A stretch of DNA of 64,000 nucleotides from Obrimoposthia wandeli (GCA_977020255.1 CDROCS010000253.1:2356001-2420000), one strand, 5' to 3'; shown: positions 1 through 10,042, counted from the stretch's first letter. Notes: generated by a model not told the origin, from the letters alone. Translations and numbers: made by a program.

Positions 1-11
1 GTTAATGTAGA

Positions 12-52
12 TTAAAACGGCAACTTCGTAATACGTAGTCGCCGTTTTTTAA
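12..52 (-). terminator. Intrinsic terminator downstream of flgT
   Basis: Inverted repeat aaaacggc (14-21) / gccgtttt (41-48) with T-run on the minus strand just after the flgT stop. Confidence 0.6.
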
Positions 53-80
53 CTGTAAATTAGGGGCGTGGTTATCATTT

Positions 81-1253
81 TTAATAGCGCACAGCTAAAT
101 CATCCACTTGAATATTACCAAATAAGCGGCCATCTGTCGCCTCAGCCGTTGCTGTTTCTCTAGAGAGCTTAGTTACTTTCACCTTGTAAGGACTTAAGTT
201 AAAACCAGCATAAGACTTACCTGAATTATCCGTAAAATGATTAAGGTGCAGTAAGCTAAATTCATCACCTATTTTTAAGCCATGATCTCGGCCTATGTTA
301 ATGGTAACTTGGTTCCCTTGAATTTGAATTATTTTACCGCGGCTTGGCTCACACATAATATTTTCATCAATATCTTTAATGACTTTATCAAGAATATTTT
401 CCACCATCACTCCATAGTCACTTTGCCAAAATGCATTACCGTCAACATCCACCTTTATACGTTTTGTAAACGTCCATGGGGCAGAATTTTGATAACGTTT
501 TTGCCAAAGCAACTCACCATTTATACCGTTATATAAATAGAAATTGATAGCAAAATTTCTGGGGTACACACCTTGTTGCCAAAACGACCAACTATTAATT
601 GCTTGTTTATCAAATGAAACATTGGTGATTTCACTGAACATTACATATTGGCTATCGGTACTGTCACTCAAGGATTGAGTTAATAGAGATATTTCATCAC
701 TGGCTAAACTGTTATTAAGGCGTGAAAATTCAGTTTTATTCTTGAGTATACTCTTCGTTTTAGTAAAGTTACTTTGCTGGTTAAGTTGCACAGCCAGTTT
801 ACGCATAACCGCTTTATCAATTAAGTAAATTTCGCCTATATTCGCTTGTTCTCTTTGTAATAAATGACTACGAGTAATTAACAGAGACTTTTTAAAGTTG
901 ACCGCAAAGCACTTTTTCTCTTGTGGAAATATATCGGCGCGAATAGTTACCGTCATTAGGTTGTCGCTGTGTATTTCATCAACTAATTCAATAGAATTAA
1001 CACTGCCACTTGCTCTTATACTGATTTGATCTTGGGTTAGTAAACCGTTTACTACTTGCTGTACACTCGACACACTGGCACCAGAAACAAGCAGTGCTTT
1101 TTTAAGCGCATTTTCCATGGCTTTGGTACGTGCAAGTTCAATACTTATATCATTTGTACGGGCATGACCTTGGGTTTCATACCATTGACTACTAACAGAG
1201 AAACTGCATAAAAAGCTGACGATTAACGTTAATTGTGTGATGAGTTTATACAT
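81..1253 (-). CDS. flgT: Flagellar basal-body H/T-ring protein FlgT
   Basis: 390 aa with signal peptide, N-terminal 'WYETQGHA...ARTKAMENALKKAL', C-terminal 'GNQVTINIGRDHGLKIGD'; divergent from flgOP as in Vibrio/Shewanella. Confidence 0.9.
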   Translation of the reverse strand: MYKLITQLTLIVSFLCSFSVSSQWYETQGHARTNDISIELARTKAMENALKKALLVSGASVSSVQQVVNGLLTQDQISIRASGSVNSIELVDEIHSDNLMTVTIRADIFPQEKKCFAVNFKKSLLITRSHLLQREQANIGEIYLIDKAVMRKLAVQLNQQSNFTKTKSILKNKTEFSRLNNSLASDEISLLTQSLSDSTDSQYVMFSEITNVSFDKQAINSWSFWQQGVYPRNFAINFYLYNGINGELLWQKRYQNSAPWTFTKRIKVDVDGNAFWQSDYGVMVENILDKVIKDIDENIMCEPSRGKIIQIQGNQVTINIGRDHGLKIGDEFSLLHLNHFTDNSGKSYAGFNLSPYKVKVTKLSRETATAEATDGRLFGNIQVDDLAVRY

Positions 1254-1352
1254 AAGACTGTTTTTTCCTACTTGGCTTAGTCATATCAATAAGGACTAGC
1301 ACCCATGAATACGGTGTAATGACTGTAATTAATATTTAATGTATATATTCAA

Positions 1353-1368
1353 TGCATATTTCATGCCT
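1353..1368 (-). promoter_or_regulatory. Putative sigma54 promoter for flgT
   Basis: Minus strand AGGCATGAAATATGCA: GG-N10-GC. Confidence 0.55.
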
Positions 1369-1405
1369 TGTCACATTGAGTTGGATTTACGTTGATGAGG
1401 ATTAT

Positions 1406-1421
1406 TGGCTCAGAATGTGCA
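1406..1421 (+). promoter_or_regulatory. Putative sigma54 promoter for flgOP
   Basis: TGGCTCAGAATGTGCA: GG-N10-GC, about 90 nt upstream of flgO. Confidence 0.55.
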
Positions 1422-1508
1422 TTGTTATATTAAATATATATGAATGTATAAATTAACATACTATGACGAACGCCATCAGTATAGTACTTAGTTTTAAAGG
1501 GGAATATC

Positions 1509-2153
1509 ATGAAAAAATGGCTTATACCATTGATTCTGCCAGCTTTACTCTCGTGTGAATCCACAGGTGATAAGGGCTTTTATCAATCTACTCACATTGA
1601 AAAAGGTGAAATTGATAGCTATCAATTACCACGGCATGCCATTAATGATGTAGTAAAAGGGCTCGCTTATCAAATGCTCGCAAGCAGTAGTTTTGTTAAT
1701 GCAAAAACTCCGGTAGCTGTCGCTTCTTTTGTCGATCTTAAAGACCTTGAAACAACTAATTGGCTTGGTAATCAGCTTGCAGAAAGCTTTGTGCATGAGT
1801 TACAGCGCCATGGTTTAGTCGTTATAGATTATAAAACGACAGGGAGTATTCGTGTAACCAAAAAAGGTGATAATGTCTTTAGTAGGGATTGGCAGGAGTT
1901 ACCTGAACGTCAGATAATTGACTACATAGTTTCTGGCACTATGGTTGAGCAGGAAGACGGCGTTTTAGTCAATGCTCGTATGATTGGTATTCAATCAAAA
2001 GTTGTTGTTGCTACCGCACAGTCATTTATCCCTGCTTGGGTTTTGGGTGATGAAATGAACCACAGTGAAAAAGTGAAAATGAAAGACGGTATGATTATTC
2101 GTGACAGTGCTATGTTGCATAACGATGAACGTGCTGTGATTATACAAAACTAG
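1509..2153 (+). CDS. flgO: Flagellar outer-membrane lipoprotein FlgO
   Basis: Lipobox LLSC, 'PVAVASFVDL', 'LGNQLAESFVHEL' FlgO-type domain; adjacent to flgP/flgT. Confidence 0.85.
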   Translation: MKKWLIPLILPALLSCESTGDKGFYQSTHIEKGEIDSYQLPRHAINDVVKGLAYQMLASSSFVNAKTPVAVASFVDLKDLETTNWLGNQLAESFVHELQRHGLVVIDYKTTGSIRVTKKGDNVFSRDWQELPERQIIDYIVSGTMVEQEDGVLVNARMIGIQSKVVVATAQSFIPAWVLGDEMNHSEKVKMKDGMIIRDSAMLHNDERAVIIQN

Positions 2154-2236
2154 TATTCATTACATATTTCAGTTTTTATCAAAAAGAGTGACATCATAAT
2201 GCTATTTTATCAGCGATTAATATCAAAGGAGTATCT

Positions 2237-2704
2237 ATGAGTAACTCATTAACTCGATCCATTCTTATTTTGAGCATACTTTTTTTGACCAGTGCCTGCT
2301 CCCTTATTTACGATAAACATGTGCAGTGGCAAACAGTAAAACCTGAGGTTTTTCCTGTGCTTTATGCTACAGGGTTTGCTCCCATTAGTTTGCAAAAGTC
2401 AACGCATGGAACCCAGCGGATGCTAATGGCCATTAAAGCATCGAAAATTGCCGCTTATGCGGAGCTAGCTGAACAGGTATATGGTCAGCAAGTATCGAGC
2501 AAGGTTACTATGGCAGATTTACTCATTGAGGATCAGCAACTGGTGGCTTCGGTTCAAGGTATTATTCGTGGTGCTAAGGTGATGAAAAGCTATCCTGTAG
2601 GTGATGTTTATACGACGGAACTACAATTGAACTTTGAAGATGTTTATAATATTTATCAAGCAAATCAAAATAGAAAAGAAATTAAAGAAGTGACACACTT
2701 CTAA
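2237..2704 (+). CDS. flgP: Flagellar lipoprotein FlgP (LPP20-like)
   Basis: Lipobox TSAC, 'LMAIKASKIAAYAELAEQVYG', 'GIIRGAKV' typical of FlgP. Confidence 0.88.
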   Translation: MSNSLTRSILILSILFLTSACSLIYDKHVQWQTVKPEVFPVLYATGFAPISLQKSTHGTQRMLMAIKASKIAAYAELAEQVYGQQVSSKVTMADLLIEDQQLVASVQGIIRGAKVMKSYPVGDVYTTELQLNFEDVYNIYQANQNRKEIKEVTHF

Positions 2705-2735
2705 TTTATAGCAGTGTGCAATTTACTGCTAAGGA

Positions 2736-2778
2736 TACTAAAAAGGCGATAATCGTAATGATTAGCGCCTTTTTAGTA
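2736..2778. terminator. Bidirectional terminator between convergent flgP and flgN
   Basis: tactaaaaaggcg (2736-2748) / cgcctttttagta (2766-2778). Confidence 0.7.
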
Positions 2779-2810
2779 TTGAGAATAAGTTGTTTATGAT
2801 TTCAATAAAG

Positions 2811-3257
2811 CTAGGCTTTTAATCCTAAGCTAGAGAGCCCCGCGCTTTTTTTACCTTTCTTGTCATAAGTAATTGCGTTCTTATTATGATTTTCTAATAA
2901 GCTAGTTTTCATACGCTCTACCGCAAGTTGAGATTGTTGAATAATTTGACCATTGATTAAGTTTTGCTGTTGGCAATGGCTTAATAAATCGGTTATTTCA
3001 CCCAGTTCTTGGGTTAATTTTCCTGCTGCTTTATCTTGAGCAAAGCGCTGATTTTGACCTATCTTTTGGTCAAGTTGCTGAATTGCTATTAAAAGAGTAT
3101 TTTTTTCTTGGCTGATAGTGAGCAGCGCTTGAGGATCATGCTGCTGTAAAATATGCTTTTCGTTAGCAATGATCTGGGCAAGTGAGGTTAACTGCTGATG
3201 TTGTTGTATTAGCAGTTCATTGGATGTTAATCCTTGAGAATCGGGCCCTAGGGACAT
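2811..3257 (-). CDS. flgN: Flagellar export chaperone FlgN
   Basis: 148 aa helical protein, 'CQQQNLINGQII', 'TYDKKGK'; downstream of flgM. Confidence 0.88.
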   Translation of the reverse strand: MSLGPDSQGLTSNELLIQQHQQLTSLAQIIANEKHILQQHDPQALLTISQEKNTLLIAIQQLDQKIGQNQRFAQDKAAGKLTQELGEITDLLSHCQQQNLINGQIIQQSQLAVERMKTSLLENHNKNAITYDKKGKKSAGLSSLGLKA

Positions 3258-3305
3258 AAAGTTTGCCTTTGATTTTACTCTAAATGATGTATTTACAGTC
3301 TATCG

Positions 3306-3614
3306 TTAAACAAGCTTAAATTCAAAGTTAGCAATGCTAGCCGCTAATTTCTCTGGATTAATTTTATAATCGCCAGAGCTAATTGCTTTTTTCAGCTCAT
3401 CAATTTTTTTTTGGTTGATTACTGGTGCATCAGCTGCTTTTTTTTGTAATTCATTAAGCTGCTTTGCTTGCGGAGTAATAGACACAGAATCTTGCCCTGA
3501 GCTTTTTACTTGAGCACTATTCGATGCAGTTTGAGCAGAATGCTGCTTTACTTGATTTTGTTGAGCTTGCTGAACTTGATTTGTAGTATTCAAGTTGTTG
3601 ATATTTATAGCCAT
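3306..3614 (-). CDS. flgM: Anti-sigma28 factor FlgM
   Basis: 'DSVSITPQAKQL', 'KKIDELKKAISSGDYKINPEKLA'. Start moved to ATG 3614 because of the SD-like aaagga; the ORF track starts at TTG 3632. Confidence 0.93.
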   Translation of the reverse strand: MAININNLNTTNQVQQAQQNQVKQHSAQTASNSAQVKSSGQDSVSITPQAKQLNELQKKAADAPVINQKKIDELKKAISSGDYKINPEKLAASIANFEFKLV

Positions 3615-3666
3615 AATTTCATCCTTTAACAATGAAATGATATTTCAAAAGAGTTCTATTATCCCG

Positions 3667-3693
3667 TTATCGGCCATAGGCGTAATAACTTTA
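3667..3693 (-). promoter_or_regulatory. sigma28 (FliA) promoter for flgMN
   Basis: Minus strand TAAA-N15-GCCGATAA, perfect consensus. Confidence 0.85.
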
Positions 3694-3777
3694 GTTAAAA
3701 ATAGATTAAAATATAAATAACATCTTGCGTAGGTTAACAGCTAAACTTTTTGTTAACCTCGGTAGTTTTAACTTTGA

Positions 3778-4470
3778 TTATAGATTAATTATTACTTGGT
3801 TAATAGCTTTGACGCGTGGGGTAATTACTTTCTTTGACCGAGTGTTCCTGACGCTTATTTGTTCATTAATATTACCTGAACTTAACGCGACTCCTCTGGC
3901 TTTGATACTAAATGTCTTAGATGATGCAATAATAGTCACAACATCACCTTTGCAGATTAAACAGATACTCTTTTTACTGATGGCTCTACCTTTGGCAATT
4001 CGCTTTTTCGCTTTAGCGCCAAAAACAATATTTGTATTAGTTAATTTTTTACCGCGAATCCTATTAATTGGTATAAAAGCTAGCTCAACATTACTTTCGT
4101 CAAGCTTGTCTCCTTTACTAATTGTACTTTTTGCAATTAAAACTGCTTTAGTTATTTCAACTTTTGCCGATAAATATATTTTCCACTGTATTGATTCATC
4201 GCAACTAATTTTTATATTTACATTTATTGCGCCATTTTTTTCAGGTATATTTGCAGTTAAAGGTATTTTACAGGGTTTAATGTTAATTCTGGGGTCTAAA
4301 TTTGCAACTGAAATACGTACCTTCTCTTCCTCTGTTGAAGGAAATTGCTCAGTCAAATAAGCTTTTGCAAAACGCTCAATAAAAGTACTGTCTAGCTCAG
4401 TTGCAACAGCAATTGTTTGCTTAATAAACAATAAGAATGAAAAAGTAAAAAAAAGTTTGGTAAAGCGCAT
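3778..4470 (-). CDS. flgA: P-ring assembly chaperone FlgA
   Basis: Signal peptide, 'NLDPRINIKPC', SAF-like domain, C-terminal 'GVALSSGNINEQISVRNTRSKKVI'. Confidence 0.92.
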   Translation of the reverse strand: MRFTKLFFTFSFLLFIKQTIAVATELDSTFIERFAKAYLTEQFPSTEEEKVRISVANLDPRINIKPCKIPLTANIPEKNGAINVNIKISCDESIQWKIYLSAKVEITKAVLIAKSTISKGDKLDESNVELAFIPINRIRGKKLTNTNIVFGAKAKKRIAKGRAISKKSICLICKGDVVTIIASSKTFSIKARGVALSSGNINEQISVRNTRSKKVITPRVKAINQVIINL

Positions 4471-4556
4471 ATATTTTGTTATCTATCGTTAAGTAAGTGT
4501 AAATAGTCGTCTATGCTTAACCTAGGTCAGCAGCGTGAAATAAGGTTCAATCATGC

Positions 4557-4570
4557 GTCAAATTTAAGAC
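4557..4570. promoter_or_regulatory. Putative FlrA/FleQ box in the flgA-cheV intergenic region
   Basis: GTCAAATTTAAGAC within gcgtc...gacgc palindrome; one mismatch to GTCA-N6-TGAC. Confidence 0.4.
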
Positions 4571-4607
4571 GCTTAGTGTGATTATAAACTCTATACTTTA
4601 AATACAA

Positions 4608-4623
4608 TTCAAGAATTGTGCCT
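4608..4623 (-). promoter_or_regulatory. Possible sigma54 promoter for flgA
   Basis: Minus strand AGGCACAATTCTTGAA; correct spacing but GA instead of GC at -12. Confidence 0.35.
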
Positions 4624-4677
4624 TATGTGTTTATTAGGTTAAACATAATAATTGGTACAGTCTTACATGAGGTTCAT

Positions 4678-5607
4678 ATGGCAGGCATACTCGATTCAGT
4701 AAACCAACGTACGCAACTTGTTGGTGAAAACAGGTTAGAATTGTTACTTTTTAGACTTAATGGCAGGCAAAAATTTGGTATTAATGTTTTTAAAGTGCGT
4801 GAAGTGATGCCATGTCCGCGGTTAACTATATTACCTAAGCAAGATGCCTTTATAAAGGGGGTTGCACATATTCGGGGGCAAACTATATCCGTTATTGATT
4901 TAAGTAAATCAACAGGCGGGCGGGCAATTGAGCAAACAGCAGAAAGCTATATTATCATTGCTGAATATAACCGTAGTGTGCAAGGTTTTCTCGTTGCCGG
5001 TGTTGAGCGCATAGTAACGCTAAGCTGGACTGATGTCATGCCACCACCAGAAGGAGCAGGTAAATTTAGCTACTTAACTGCGGTGACTGAAATAGATGGT
5101 CAGATGGTATCAATATTAGACGTTGAGAAAATTTTAAATGAAATTAGTCCAGTCTCAACTGATGTAAGTGAAGAACTTATTGATGTCTCTATTGGTGAAA
5201 ACTTAGGTGATAAGCTCGTGATGATTGCAGATGATTCAACCGTTGCAAGAAATCAAGTAAGAAGAGCATTAGAGCCATTAGGTATTAATATGATTCTAGC
5301 TAAAAATGGTCGTGATGCTTTAGAGCAACTATTGGCCATTGAAGCGACCTGTGAAAATAGCATCACTGAAAAAGTGGCGTTGATGATCTCAGATATCGAA
5401 ATGCCGGAAATGGATGGTTATACCTTAACCGCAGAGGTAAAAGGTAATGATCGCATGTCAAAAATGCCAATTATTTTACATACCTCGTTAAGTGGCGTCT
5501 TTAATAATGCTATGGTTGAAAAAGTTGGTGCAGAAGATTTTATTCCTAAATTTCATCCAGATGAGCTAGCAACAGCGGTAAAAAAATGGTTGAAAATAGA
5601 AGAGTAA
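4678..5607 (+). CDS. cheV: Chemotaxis coupling protein CheV (CheW plus receiver domain)
   Basis: 'MAGILDSVNQRTQLVGENRLELLLF', receiver 'DIEMPEMDG'; ATG 4678 has SD gagg, whereas the ORF track starts at GTG 4618. Confidence 0.95.
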   Translation: MAGILDSVNQRTQLVGENRLELLLFRLNGRQKFGINVFKVREVMPCPRLTILPKQDAFIKGVAHIRGQTISVIDLSKSTGGRAIEQTAESYIIIAEYNRSVQGFLVAGVERIVTLSWTDVMPPPEGAGKFSYLTAVTEIDGQMVSILDVEKILNEISPVSTDVSEELIDVSIGENLGDKLVMIADDSTVARNQVRRALEPLGINMILAKNGRDALEQLLAIEATCENSITEKVALMISDIEMPEMDGYTLTAEVKGNDRMSKMPIILHTSLSGVFNNAMVEKVGAEDFIPKFHPDELATAVKKWLKIEE

Positions 5608-5701
5608 CAACATCTCAAGTTGAATAGTCGTTATCGAGCGTTAATGACGGCCTTCATTTTATGGAGGCTTTAGGAAAATACTAAATAAATAGGAAGTAAT
5701 A

Positions 5702-6532
5702 GTGTCAGCAAGAGAACTTGATGAAAAAAGTTACAATCAATTTAGAACATTCTTGGAACAACAATGTGGCATAGTACTCGGTGAAAATAAGCAATATTTA
5801 GTTAAAAGCCGATTAGCGCCATTGATGGCTAAGTTTGAACTCAGTTCATTGACAGAATTAGTTAATCGTACGATAACACCCGTTGAGCGGAAAATGCGTG
5901 CCGCTGTTATAGATGCTATGACTACGAATGAAACCTTATGGTTTCGTGATGACTACCCTTTTAAGCTACTTCAAAGCAAGTTGTTACCTGATTTTGCCAA
6001 TCGTAAAACACCCGTTAAAATTTGGTCTGCGGCAAGCTCTTCTGGTCAAGAACCATATTCGATTGCTATGTCAGTGTTGGAGTATCAACAAAAAAATCCG
6101 GGAGCATTCCCGCGTGGTGTACAAGTCATCGGTACTGATATATCAACGACTATGCTAGAGCATTGTAAATACGGTCACTATGATAACTTAGCACTGGCTC
6201 GAGGGTTGTCTGCTGAGCGTAAGCAACGCTTTTTTGAAGCGGGTGACAATGGTATGTTGAAGATAAAAGATGAAGTAAAGAAAATGGTTAGTTTTAGACC
6301 GCTTAATTTACTCAATAGCTATAGCCTAATGGGCCGCTTTGATATTGTATTTTGTCGTAATGTATTAATTTATTTCTCGCCAAAGATAAAAGCGCAAATA
6401 ATTAGTCAAATTCATGGCGTGTTAAATAACGACGGCTATTTATTTTTAGGTGCTTCAGAGTCCTTATCAGGCATAAATCAAGATTTTACTATGTTACGCT
6501 GTAATCCTGGTATCGTTTATCAGAAAAAATAA
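5702..6532 (+). CDS. cheR: Chemotaxis methyltransferase CheR
   Basis: 'TTNETLWFRD', 'IWSAASSSGQEPYS', 'FDIVFCRNVLIYF'. Confidence 0.96.
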   Translation: MSARELDEKSYNQFRTFLEQQCGIVLGENKQYLVKSRLAPLMAKFELSSLTELVNRTITPVERKMRAAVIDAMTTNETLWFRDDYPFKLLQSKLLPDFANRKTPVKIWSAASSSGQEPYSIAMSVLEYQQKNPGAFPRGVQVIGTDISTTMLEHCKYGHYDNLALARGLSAERKQRFFEAGDNGMLKIKDEVKKMVSFRPLNLLNSYSLMGRFDIVFCRNVLIYFSPKIKAQIISQIHGVLNNDGYLFLGASESLSGINQDFTMLRCNPGIVYQKK

Positions 6533-6548
6533 CTGAATCACTATCTCC

Positions 6549-6590
6549 GACTAACAGCCATTTTTACTGGCTGTTAGTCCTTTTATTTTT
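6549..6590 (+). terminator. Intrinsic terminator after cheR
   Basis: gactaacagcca / tggctgttagtc 12-bp stem followed by T-rich tract. Confidence 0.7.
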
Positions 6591-6630
6591 TACCCCTTCT
6601 TACGTTTTTCTCTTCTATAGATTTCTTAAT

Positions 6631-6646
6631 TGGCACAAATATTGTA
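6631..6646 (+). promoter_or_regulatory. Putative sigma54 promoter for the flgB operon
   Basis: TGGCACAAATATTGTA; perfect -24 element, GT instead of GC at -12. Confidence 0.55.
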
Positions 6647-6683
6647 TACCCTTTAGCTAAACGTTAATCATTGTGAGGCTCTT

Positions 6684-7082
6684 ATGGCCATAGGTTTTGA
6701 TAAAGGCTTTCAGCTGCATACACAGGGCATGCTTATTCGCTCTCAACGTGCAGAGGTTATTGCCAGTAATATTGCCAATGCAGATACCCCAGGCTACAAA
6801 GCTAAAGGACTAGACTTTAAACAAGCATTCGCGCAAGCGGCAGCTAAGCAGCAAATGGGTATGTCTCGCACGAATGATAAACACTTTGATGTACGAACCG
6901 AATTAAATAATTCCGTCGATTTTCGTGTTCCTAATCAACCTGATACAGGTGATGGTAATACGGTTGACGTACAAGTGGAACGAAACTTGTACCTAAAAAA
7001 TTCAATGGAATATCAAGCAAGTGTTCAGTTTCTCAATGGAAAAATTAAAGCCATGAAGAAAGTGATTAGCGGAGGTCAATAA
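6684..7082 (+). CDS. flgB: Proximal rod protein FlgB
   Basis: 'ASNIANADTPGYKAK', 'DGNTVDVQVER'. Confidence 0.96.
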   Translation: MAIGFDKGFQLHTQGMLIRSQRAEVIASNIANADTPGYKAKGLDFKQAFAQAAAKQQMGMSRTNDKHFDVRTELNNSVDFRVPNQPDTGDGNTVDVQVERNLYLKNSMEYQASVQFLNGKIKAMKKVISGGQ

Positions 7083-7084
7083 TT

Positions 7085-7516
7085 ATGAGTCTTTTTAACG
7101 TATTTAATATCACCGGTAGTGGTATGAGCGCACAATCAGTCCGCTTAAATACCACCGCGAGTAATATTGCCAATGCTGATAGTGTTAGTAGCAGCGCCGA
7201 TAAAACTTACCGTGCTAGGCATCCTGTTTTTGCCGCTGCCATGCAAAAAGCTGCCGCAGGGCAGGGAACACATGAAGGTAGTGGCGTTGGTGTTGATGTC
7301 TTAGGTATTGTTGAAAGTGATAAACCATTGAATGTGGAATATGCACCTAGTCATCCTATGGCAGATAAAGACGGTTTTATCTACAAGCCGAACGTCAATG
7401 TCATCGAAGAAATGACCAACATGATTTCAGCGTCGCGTTCATATCAAACAAATGTGCAGTTGGCTGAGTCAGCCAAAAATATGTTAAATAAAACATTACA
7501 ATTAGGCCAAAGATAG
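7085..7516 (+). CDS. flgC: Proximal rod protein FlgC
   Basis: 'ASNIANADS', 'HPMADKDGFIYKPNVN', 'SRSYQTNV'. Confidence 0.96.
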   Translation: MSLFNVFNITGSGMSAQSVRLNTTASNIANADSVSSSADKTYRARHPVFAAAMQKAAAGQGTHEGSGVGVDVLGIVESDKPLNVEYAPSHPMADKDGFIYKPNVNVIEEMTNMISASRSYQTNVQLAESAKNMLNKTLQLGQR

Positions 7517-7567
7517 TGAACAACGTTGATATATCATTTAGTCTATTGCAAAACGTAGGAGTGGATA

Positions 7568-8260
7568 ATGGAAACAGTTAAGGGTACTAACCCGTTAGAG
7601 GCTATTCGTTGGCAGAAAGAAGAATATAAAGTCGCTGAGCAAGATAAAGGCATGCTTACACAGGCTGATTTCTTCGCTTTATTGACTAAAGAATTATCTA
7701 ACCAGGATCCAACTAAACCTGTTGATAACAATGAAATGATCTCACAAATGACTGCCTTTTCTACCACTGATGGTGTTCAGAAACTTAACAGTTCATTTGA
7801 CAGCTTTGCTACGTCGATGACTTCTAGCCAAGCATTACAGGCATCTTCTCTCGTGGGTCGAAGTGTCTTAGTTGAAGATAATGTATTTGGTATGACAGAA
7901 GGTGAAGCGGTAAAAGGTAAGTTGGTATCAGATAAGCCTGCTAGTAATGTAAATATTTATGTTGAGAATGTTGCCGGTGAAGTAATTCAAACAGTCCCTG
8001 TTGGTAATATTAAAGCAGGCGGCTTTACTTTTACTTGGGATGGACAAACAGCTAAAGGCGAACCTGCTGCAGAAGGCGCTTATCGTTTTCGCATTGCTGG
8101 TTTAGTTGAAGGACAAGCATCAGAACTACAAGCAATGACTTACCGTAAAGTTGATAGTGTTACGTTAGCAGGTACCGGTGGGAAAATAGTACTTAACCTT
8201 AATGGTGGCAGCGCTATGGCATTATCCGATGTAGTTGAAGTATCCGAAGGTGATACTTAA
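7568..8260 (+). CDS. flgD: Hook capping protein FlgD
   Basis: 'DFFALLTKELSNQDPTKPVDN', 'FTWDG'. Confidence 0.95.
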   Translation: METVKGTNPLEAIRWQKEEYKVAEQDKGMLTQADFFALLTKELSNQDPTKPVDNNEMISQMTAFSTTDGVQKLNSSFDSFATSMTSSQALQASSLVGRSVLVEDNVFGMTEGEAVKGKLVSDKPASNVNIYVENVAGEVIQTVPVGNIKAGGFTFTWDGQTAKGEPAAEGAYRFRIAGLVEGQASELQAMTYRKVDSVTLAGTGGKIVLNLNGGSAMALSDVVEVSEGDT

Positions 8261-8372
8261 ATTTTTAACAAAATAATTATGCAAAAATATAGGCTTTACC
8301 TGACAGAGTAAATATAAACATTGAGCAGTACAGGTGTTAAGCAAAATATAGAATTTTAAAAAGGATTAAATT

Positions 8373-9860
8373 ATGTCATTTAATATTGCATTAAGCGGGT
8401 TAAACGCTGCACAAAAAGACTTAGATGTTTCATCAAATAACATTGCTAACGTTAATACAGTTGGCTTTAAAGAGTCACGCGCTGAATTTGTTGATGTTTA
8501 TGCATCATCACTGCTTGCTTCAGGTAAAACTAAAGTGGGTGACGGTGTTTTAACAGCGGATGTTGCGCAGCAATTTTCACAAGGTAGTATTCAATTTACT
8601 AATAATGCGCTTGATTTAGCTATCACAGGTAATGGCTTTTTTGCCACCGTACCGGAGCTTGGTTCCTTGGAGACTTCTTATACACGAGCTGGTCAGTTTA
8701 AGTTAAATTCAGATAATTTTGTTGTTAACTCGCAAGGTGGTCATCTTTTAGGTTTTCCGGTTAATCCTGATGGCTCATCAGCGTCAGTAAGTTTAAGTAC
8801 TGCAGAGCCCATTCGTATACCTACCGCATCGGGTGCGCCTACGAAAACCAGTGAAGTAGATGTACGAATGAATTTACCGGCAGGTGATGGCTATATTACT
8901 AGCGCACCCGCTAATTTCGACCCAGAAGATCCATTAACCTTTAATAACTCGACCTCAGTAACTATTTTTGATTCATTAGGTGATAGTCATATTATGACTT
9001 ACTTCTTTGTTAAAGATGACCCTGCAGTCGCGCCTAATCAATGGATGATGTTTGCCTCTGTTGATGGTAAACCTATCGACTTAGCTGATGATTCTCTTGT
9101 GCAGGCTCCAGCAGATGCTGCAGTAGTTACAGCAAAGACAGCGGTTGATACAGCTCAAACTACTTATGGAACAACGCCTACAGCAGTGAATTTAACTGCG
9201 CTCAATACGGCAAAAGCGACATTGGCCAATGCAATTGCAGCAACAACACCTGAAAGCGGCACAGGAACAAAAGGGGCACGCTTAACGTACAATTCGTCTG
9301 GTGATTTTATTTCTCAGTCACCATCGCCAACTAATGGTGGTATCCGAACCGTTGATTTTTCTAACCATTTACCTAATGGTGCTGATCCATCTCAATTGGT
9401 TAAAGTTAATTTTAATTTAGATGCTGCAGGACCGAACCCGAATGAGCCTACCCAGTTTGCTTCAAATTTTGAAGTGACAGCCTTAAATCAAGATGGTTTA
9501 GCGGTGGGGCGATTAACGGGTATTGACATTGGTGTTGATGGCTTAGTGAGAGCTACTTATAGTAATGGTACTTCTCAACCATTAGCACGTATTGCCATGG
9601 TGAATTTTGCCAATGAACAAGGTTTATCACAAACAGGTAGCACCAACTGGAAAGAAAGTCTTGTTTCAGGTGAGGCGCTTGCCGGTGAGGCAGGCTCAGG
9701 TACTTTTGGTACCATTAACTCTTCAGCGTTAGAGCAATCGAATGTGAACTTAACAACAGAGCTAATTGATTTGATTTCAGCGCAACGTAACTTCCAAGCT
9801 AACTCGCGCGCATTAGAAGTTGATAACCAGTTGAACCAAACCATTTTACAAATTAGATAA
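8373..9860 (+). CDS. flgE: Hook protein FlgE
   Basis: 'SNNIANVNTVGFKESR', 'YTRAGQF', 'LEQSNVNLTTEL..AQRNFQAN'; carries an Ala/Thr-rich insert. Confidence 0.96.
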   Translation: MSFNIALSGLNAAQKDLDVSSNNIANVNTVGFKESRAEFVDVYASSLLASGKTKVGDGVLTADVAQQFSQGSIQFTNNALDLAITGNGFFATVPELGSLETSYTRAGQFKLNSDNFVVNSQGGHLLGFPVNPDGSSASVSLSTAEPIRIPTASGAPTKTSEVDVRMNLPAGDGYITSAPANFDPEDPLTFNNSTSVTIFDSLGDSHIMTYFFVKDDPAVAPNQWMMFASVDGKPIDLADDSLVQAPADAAVVTAKTAVDTAQTTYGTTPTAVNLTALNTAKATLANAIAATTPESGTGTKGARLTYNSSGDFISQSPSPTNGGIRTVDFSNHLPNGADPSQLVKVNFNLDAAGPNPNEPTQFASNFEVTALNQDGLAVGRLTGIDIGVDGLVRATYSNGTSQPLARIAMVNFANEQGLSQTGSTNWKESLVSGEALAGEAGSGTFGTINSSALEQSNVNLTTELIDLISAQRNFQANSRALEVDNQLNQTILQIR

Positions 9861-9914
9861 TTAGTAAAATAACTAATTTTCTAGCAATCTAAAGCTAGTA
9901 TTCGTTCTACAAAT

Positions 9915-9957
9915 AAAGCTGCTAGTTAAGTATACGTACTTAACTAGCAGCTTTTTT
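9915..9957 (+). terminator. Intrinsic terminator after flgE
   Basis: aaagctgctagttaagta / tacttaactagcagcttt long stem plus T-run. Confidence 0.75.
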
Positions 9958-10026
9958 ATTGCTATAGCCTCGTACTCATTTAAAAATCCATTTACATTTA
10001 ACCACTTAATTAATATTGTAAATAGC

Positions 10027-10042
10027 TGGCACTCTATTTGCA
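10027..10042 (+). promoter_or_regulatory. sigma54 promoter for the flgF operon
   Basis: TGGCACTCTATTTGCA, near-perfect consensus, after the flgE terminator. Confidence 0.8.

Noticed and set aside
3725-4360. 211-aa hydrophobic ORF on the plus strand
   Set aside because: Antisense shadow of flgA with no recognisable motifs
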